DNA of 10,696 nucleotides from a virus (Duplodnaviria; Heunggongvirae; Uroviricota; Caudoviricetes): IMG/VR virus record IMGVR_UViG_2534681978_000009, positions 1 to 10,696 of that record; one strand, 5' to 3'. Shown piece by piece: positions 7,009 to 10,696 of this stretch (position 1 is its first letter; each line of letters starts with the position of its first letter). The notes under the pieces were generated by a model. It saw only the letters and a program-made list of their open reading frames with translations, ran no database searches and was not told where the DNA came from. The position numbers and the translations under genes were made by a program.

Positions 7009-7194
7009 TTATGCCGCTTTGCGGTAAGCGCTTTCTTGATACTTCAGGGCGCCAGCTGTAACGACTTCCAGTCGATAGGCGTCTTTCTCTGGGATGACTT
7101 CCTTCCACTGAGAGACTGCTGCGTCGCTAATGCCTAACGCTTTAGCTACAGCACGCTGGGTTCCGAAGTGGTCGATAACATCTTTCTTGTACAT
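7009..7194 (-). CDS. cro: Cro repressor (P22 type)
   Basis: 61 aa, MYKKDVIDHFGTQRAVAKALGISDAAVSQWKEVIPEKDAYRLEVVTAGALKYQESAYRKAA matches P22 Cro as I recall it. GGAG Shine-Dalgarno 7 nt upstream. Confidence 0.9.
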   Translation of the reverse strand: MYKKDVIDHFGTQRAVAKALGISDAAVSQWKEVIPEKDAYRLEVVTAGALKYQESAYRKAA

Positions 7195-7208
7195 AGACTC
7201 GCTCCGAA

Positions 7209-7274
7209 ATTAAAGAACACTTAAATTATCCACTAAAGGAATCTTAAGTCAAGTTTATTTAAGATGTCTTAACT
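7209..7274. promoter_or_regulatory. OR region: three 18-bp repressor operators with divergent PR (minus) and PRM (plus)
   Basis: Operators ATTAAAGAACACTTAAAT (7209-7226), ACTAAAGGAATCTTAAGT (7232-7249) and ATTTAAGATGTCTTAACT (7257-7274) share the pattern AtTaAAG-N4-CTTaAaT. PR on the minus strand: -35 TTGACT (plus 7247-7252), 16-bp spacer, -10 GATAAT (plus 7225-7230). Confidence 0.6.
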
Positions 7275-7925
7275 ATGAAAACTCAATTGATGGGAGAGCG
7301 CATTCGCGCTCGGAGAAAAGAACTCAAGATCAGGCAGGCCGCACTTGGAAAGATGGTCGGCGTGTCTAATGTTGCCATATCTCAGTGGGAACGCTCTGAG
7401 ACAGAGCCAAATGGAGAGAATCTTCTCGCCCTGGCTAATGCGTTGAAGTGTTCCCCTGACTATCTGATGAAAGGAGAGGAAAGTCTTTCAAACATTGCCT
7501 ATCACAGTAGGCATGATCCAAGAGGGTCATACCCTCTGATTAGCTGGGTGAGCGCAGGATGCTGGATGGAAGCTGTAGAACCATATCATAAGCGTGCAAT
7601 AGATAACTGGTACGATACAACCGTAGACTGTTCAGAAGATTCGTTTTGGTTGGACGTGAAGGGAGACTCAATGACGGCTCCGGCCGGTCTCAGTATCCCT
7701 GAAGGAATGATAATACTCGTCGATCCTGAAGTAGAGCCGCGTAACGGGAAACTGGTAGTTGCAAAGCTCGAAGGAGAAAACGAGGCAACTTTCAAGAAGT
7801 TAGTTATTGATGCAGGCAGGAAGTTTCTAAAACCACTTAACCCACAATATCCGATGATCGAGATCAACGGAAACTGCAAAATCATCGGCGTAGTTGTCGA
7901 TGCAAAACTAGCAAACCTTCCATAA
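7275..7925 (+). CDS. c2: Prophage repressor, P22 c2-like (HTH plus S24 LexA-type autopeptidase domain)
   Basis: 216 aa. HTH QAALGKMVGVSNVAISQWERSE, Ala-Gly cleavage site in VSAGCW, Ser/Lys dyad in GDSM and KLVVAKL. Overall very similar to P22 c2 as recalled. The ATG directly abuts operator 3. Confidence 0.9.
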   Translation: MKTQLMGERIRARRKELKIRQAALGKMVGVSNVAISQWERSETEPNGENLLALANALKCSPDYLMKGEESLSNIAYHSRHDPRGSYPLISWVSAGCWMEAVEPYHKRAIDNWYDTTVDCSEDSFWLDVKGDSMTAPAGLSIPEGMIILVDPEVEPRNGKLVVAKLEGENEATFKKLVIDAGRKFLKPLNPQYPMIEINGNCKIIGVVVDAKLANLP

Positions 7926-7947
7926 GGGGGCATTCGCCCCTTTTTTA
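7926..7947 (+). terminator. Rho-independent terminator after the repressor gene
   Basis: GGGGGC-ATTC-GCCCC followed by TTTTTTATTT, immediately after the c2 stop. Confidence 0.55.
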
Positions 7948-7989
7948 TTTCCTTTAAAAATCAAAGCCAAACTTAAGTTACGAAAGAAA

Positions 7990-8043
7990 ATTTAAGTTTT
8001 CTTCAAAAATACTCTTGACCATTAATTAAAGAGATCTTAAATT
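7990..8043 (+). promoter_or_regulatory. OL/PL: leftward early promoter with operators
   Basis: -35 TTGACC (8015-8020), 16-bp spacer, -10 TTAAAT (8037-8042). Operator ATTAAAGAGATCTTAAAT (8025-8042) has the same consensus as the OR sites; a second operator-like site is ATTTAAGTTTTCTTCAAA (7990-8007). Confidence 0.5.
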
Positions 8044-8089
8044 TAAGCCATCAGCAGGACGCTGGTAGCCAAACGGAACAGATTGGCAG

Positions 8090-8130
8090 GCTCTTTAACA
8101 TTGATGGGATTGTCCCGCCGAAATGCGGGA
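8090..8130 (+). promoter_or_regulatory. nutL (boxA plus boxB)
   Basis: GCTCTTTAACA (8090-8100), then a 12-nt spacer, then TCCCGCCGAAATGCGGGA (8113-8130). Identical elements to nutR on the opposite strand. Confidence 0.6.
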
Positions 8131-8443
8131 ACCAAAGAGTAGTTGGCTTTGGGGTGACGTGAAGTGCAGCTGCACGACGGCAACCGGAAGATAAGCACCC
8201 GGCGCGTCACCGCCAAAGTCAATTCCATAGGCGTTATGCAGCCGCCACCATATTCAAGAAAGCTGCACAAGAGGTAGGAGGATTTATGTGAATACTTACA
8301 TTCAATTGAGAGATTAATTAAATAGAACTGATCGAGCAGAGTCCATGAAGGCTCATAAATGCTCTTCCATCCCCGTCTAATTGGCGGGGAAGGAAACCAC
8401 TTTGTAATAAAAAAATTCCAAAGTTGTTTCATCGGAGGTCAAC

Positions 8444-8749
8444 ATGACAGTAGTCATTACATATCTGGCTGACGATAACGCCAGAAATCGCCGCAGAGCA
8501 CGCAGACAGGCTCAACGTGAACAGGAAATGCAAGAGCAGCGACTGGCGCGAAAAATTGCGCTAAAGCTCTCTGGTTGCGTCAGAGCAGATAAAGCAGCAT
8601 CACTCGGAAGCCTTCGCTGTAAGAAAGCAGATGAAGTCGAGCTTAAACAGAACTGTATTTACTACCGCAAGCCACGCAGTGAAATGGGTGTGACCTGTTC
8701 AGGCCGCCAGAAGCAACGCGGAAAATCAATTCCAGCTTATTACGATTGA
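8444..8749 (+). CDS. N: Antitermination protein N (lambda-type C-terminus, distinct arginine-rich motif)
   Basis: 101 aa. N-terminal ARM DDNARNRRRARRQAQREQE; C-terminal ...YYRKPRSEMGVTCSGRQKQRGKSIPAYY resembles lambda N ...GERGITCSGRQKIKGKSIP. GGAGG Shine-Dalgarno 5 nt upstream of the ATG. Confidence 0.85.
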   Translation: MTVVITYLADDNARNRRRARRQAQREQEMQEQRLARKIALKLSGCVRADKAASLGSLRCKKADEVELKQNCIYYRKPRSEMGVTCSGRQKQRGKSIPAYYD

Positions 8750-8757
8750 GGTGAGAT

Positions 8758-9207
8758 ATGGAAGAACAAGCAAACAAGATTCTCGTAGAACTACTGCAAA
8801 AAGCCAGCAATGGAATAGACGCGGCTGTTTCATTCAGCCAAGCGCAGATTCCTGATGTTGTTCATCAGTTGCTGCTATGGAATATGGTTGACAGTCTGAT
8901 TAAAACATTAATAGCCATTCTAACAATCCCACTGGTTTTCTGGTTTATGAAGAAGCAGTGCCAAAGAGTTGAGACAGGTAAAATCGGTGATGAAGGATAC
9001 TCATGGGAGAGGGGAAATCCCAAATACAGGCCGACAATGGTTTGGGATAGCAAAGGAGATATTAACCTTCTTATCATGCCATTGGTTGGAGTTTTGACTC
9101 TGTGGGGGATTTTTATTATTGGTGTAGTAACCAATATGACTTGGTTAAAAATTTGGCTGGCCCCAAAGCTTTACCTTATCGAATATGCAGCATCATTGGT
9201 TAAGTAA
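8758..9207 (+). CDS. Hypothetical membrane protein in the N-proximal accessory slot (possible superinfection-exclusion type)
   Basis: 149 aa. Soluble N-terminal ~45 aa, then hydrophobic segments LIKTLIAILTIPLVFWFM and LLIMPLVGVLTLWGIFIIGVVTNMTW. GAGGTGAG Shine-Dalgarno upstream. Occupies the position where lambda/P22 carry ral/sieB-type morons. No family recognised. Confidence 0.6.
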   Translation: MEEQANKILVELLQKASNGIDAAVSFSQAQIPDVVHQLLLWNMVDSLIKTLIAILTIPLVFWFMKKQCQRVETGKIGDEGYSWERGNPKYRPTMVWDSKGDINLLIMPLVGVLTLWGIFIIGVVTNMTWLKIWLAPKLYLIEYAASLVK

Positions 9208-9211
9208 TTTC

Positions 9212-9237
9212 AGGCCGCATAGTCGGCCTTTATTTTT
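9212..9237 (+). terminator. Rho-independent terminator after the membrane-protein gene (tL1-like)
   Basis: AGGCCG-CATAGT-CGGCCT followed by TTATTTTTGG. Confidence 0.5.
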
Positions 9238-9356
9238 GGCATAAACAACAGAATAAACACTGCACTGTGTATTCATTCCAACGAGTGAATACACGGAGCA
9301 ATGTCGCTCGTAACTAAACAGGAGCCGACTTGTTCTGATTATTGGAAATCTTCTTT

Positions 9357-9383
9357 GCCCTCCAGTGTGAGGGCAATTTTTTT
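9357..9383 (+). terminator. Terminator-like hairpin immediately upstream of the coiled-coil gene RBS
   Basis: GCCCTC-CAGTGT-GAGGGC followed by AATTTTTTT, ending 4 nt before the GGAGG Shine-Dalgarno of the gene starting at 9396. Confidence 0.4.
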
Positions 9384-9395
9384 GATGGAGGATAT

Positions 9396-10364
9396 ATGAG
9401 TGAAGTAACAGATTTAGTTGTTATTGAAAAAGCAAATGCAATGACTGTATTTCAGTCTGCCGACCAGATTGAAGAAATCCTTCAAAAGGTTGAACGTGAA
9501 GTTATGTCCTTTGTGCCTGATATCACAACGGCAAAGGGCAGAAAGGAGATCGCTTCTCTGGCGTATAAAGTTGCGCAGACGAAAACATATCTCGATGGTC
9601 TTGGCAAAGACCTTGTTGCTGAACTGAAGGAAATTCCAAAGCTAATTGATGCCAACCGCAAGACAGTGCGCGATCGCCTTGATGAACTAAAAGCCAAGGC
9701 GCGCCAGCCTCTAACTGATTATGAGGAGGAGCAGGCACGGATTAAAGCCGAAGAAGAAGCTAAGGCAGCAGCTGAAGCTCTCGCAAAGCAAATTGAGTCT
9801 GACCATGAAATAGCGATTTTGATGGATCGCGAATTTGACCGCCAAAGAGAAGAGGCAAGACTCAAAGCGGAGCAGGAAAAGCGAGAGCATGAAGAACGCT
9901 TAAAAAGAGAGGCTGAAGAGAAAGCCAGAGCTGAAGCCGAAGCAAAGGCAAAAGCCGAAATTGAAGCAGCAGCAAGGCGAGAAGCAGAAGCTAAGGCAGC
10001 AGCGGAACGTGCAGAGCGTGAACGTATTGAAGCCGAGCAACGAGCACAGCGCGAAGCAAAAGAGGCAGCAGAACGAGCTGAAAGAGAAAAGCAGGCAGCA
10101 ATTGAAGCAGAACGCAGAAAAGCACAGGAGGAGGCTGAACGAATCCGTCGCGAGGCTGAAGCAAAAGAGCAAGCCAGAATAGCAGAAGAAAAAAGAATCA
10201 AGGACGAAGAAGAGCGTAGAGCAAAGGATAAAGCTCACCGGAAAGAAGTAAATAACAAAATACTTGCTGACCTTATCAAGGTTGGTGCATCAGAAGATGT
10301 TGCTAAAAATATCATAACAGCCATCGTAAAAGGCGAAGTATTCGCAACAAAAATAACCTACTAA
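9396..10364 (+). CDS. Hypothetical protein with a long E/K/R/A-rich predicted single alpha-helix or coiled-coil (TolA-like low complexity) between small N- and C-terminal domains
   Basis: 322 aa from the ATG at 9396, with GGAGG 4 nt upstream; the track ORF's 18-residue N-terminal extension is rejected. Residues ~115-280 are almost entirely E, A, K, R, Q (for example REAEEKARAEAEAKAKAEIEAAARREAEAKAAAERAERERIEAEQRAQREAKEAAERAEREKQ). Ordinary-composition N-terminal (~110 aa) and C-terminal (~45 aa) domains. Confidence 0.7.
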   Translation: MSEVTDLVVIEKANAMTVFQSADQIEEILQKVEREVMSFVPDITTAKGRKEIASLAYKVAQTKTYLDGLGKDLVAELKEIPKLIDANRKTVRDRLDELKAKARQPLTDYEEEQARIKAEEEAKAAAEALAKQIESDHEIAILMDREFDRQREEARLKAEQEKREHEERLKREAEEKARAEAEAKAKAEIEAAARREAEAKAAAERAERERIEAEQRAQREAKEAAERAEREKQAAIEAERRKAQEEAERIRREAEAKEQARIAEEKRIKDEEERRAKDKAHRKEVNNKILADLIKVGASEDVAKNIITAIVKGEVFATKITY

Positions 10365-10388
10365 TAAAACCAACATAAGGAACCACCC

Positions 10389-10520
10389 ATGATTTACGCA
10401 ATCGCGGGAGGCGCTCGCATGGGTGCCTTCCAATTAAATGAATCTTTACTTGAACGAATCACCCGTAAATTACGTGACGGATGGAAAAGAGTTGAGGTCT
10501 TATTATGCGCAATGAAATAG
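10389..10520 (+). CDS. cIII: cIII-like protein (FtsH inhibitor, stabiliser of cII)
   Basis: 43 aa, MIYAIAGGARMGAFQLNESLLERITRKLRDGWKRVEVLLCAMK. The core ESLLERITRKLRDGWKR matches lambda CIII as recalled. AGGA upstream. Shorter than lambda CIII (54 aa). Confidence 0.7.
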   Translation: MIYAIAGGARMGAFQLNESLLERITRKLRDGWKRVEVLLCAMK

Positions 10521-10657
10521 CCATCAATCACCAGATGCTTCGTGCTGCACAGAACAAAGCAGTAATAGCCAGATTTATTGGTGATTCAAAAATGTGGCTT
10601 GAAGCAAATAAAGCGATGAAATCAGCTATCAACCTTCCATGGTATCGCAGGAAATGA
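10505..10657 (+). CDS. kil: Kil-like small protein (host cell-division inhibitor family)
   Basis: 50 aa, MRNEIAINHQMLRAAQNKAVIARFIGDSKMWLEANKAMKSAINLPWYRRK. The FIGD.KM motif and position after cIII match lambda Kil. GAGG upstream. Overlaps the cIII 3' end in another frame, as in lambda. Confidence 0.5.
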   Translation: MRNEIAINHQMLRAAQNKAVIARFIGDSKMWLEANKAMKSAINLPWYRRK

Positions 10658-10696
10658 GCTTTACAGATAACTGGTCAGACGAAGAATTCATTCGTC
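10654..10696 (+). CDS. 5' end of a further early-left ORF (partial, runs off the window)
   Basis: ATG at 10654 overlaps the kil stop (ATGA). Translation MSFTDNWSDEEFIR... Only 14 codons visible. Confidence 0.3.
   Translation, partial: MSFTDNWSDEEFIR

Noticed and set aside
7586-7933. 115-aa minus-strand ORF antisense to the repressor gene
   Set aside because: Fully contained in c2 on the opposite strand. No start signals and implausible composition.
8043-8432. 129-aa minus-strand ORF antisense to the N leader
   Set aside because: Cys/Ser/Leu-rich unnatural composition, no SD, spans nutL and PL. Most likely a chance open frame.
8865-9134. 89-aa minus-strand ORF inside the membrane-protein gene
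   Set aside because: Antisense to a CDS with a strong SD and clear TM segments. No supporting signals.
9342-9395. N-terminal 18-residue extension of the coiled-coil ORF (MEIFFALQCEGNFFDGGY)
   Set aside because: The extension runs through the terminator hairpin and its start lacks an SD, whereas the ATG at 9396 has GGAGG 4 nt upstream.
9719-10238. Antisense and alternate-frame ORFs (160 aa, 112 aa on minus; 73 aa on plus) inside the E/A/K/R-rich gene
   Set aside because: Low-complexity GAA/GCA/AAG-rich DNA stays open in several frames. The translations are poly-Ser/Ala/Cys/Phe artefacts.

Overview
This window is the early control, replication and nin region of a mosaic lambdoid (lambda/P22-like) enterobacterial prophage, lying inverted relative to the usual phage map. 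The divergent immunity centre sits at 7195-8043: a P22 c2-like LexA-type repressor (+) and P22-like cro (-), separated by three 18-bp operators, with a second operator/PL cluster right of c2. The PR operon runs leftward on the minus strand: cro, nutR, lambda-like cII (with antisense oop RNA), a 75-aa ORF that lambda lacks at this position, an O-like initiator with an internal iteron origin, a DnaB-family helicase, three small ORFs, ninB, ninE, ninF, a frameshifted Rha/KilA-C antirepressor, ybcO-like, rusA, ninH and a Q antiterminator. Downstream of Q are hairpin terminators, a candidate late promoter and the 5' part of a tRNA gene cut by the window edge. The PL operon runs rightward on the plus strand: PL/OL, nutL, a long structured leader, N, a 149-aa membrane protein, a terminator, a 322-aa E/K/R/A-rich coiled-coil protein, cIII, kil and a partial ORF. 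No CRISPR array, rRNA or transposase was seen. All homology calls are from reading the translations and recalled family signatures, not from database searches. The least explained content is the N-to-cIII accessory slot (8758-10364), the ren/ninA-slot small ORFs (3221-3917) and the ORF between cII and O (6357-6584).
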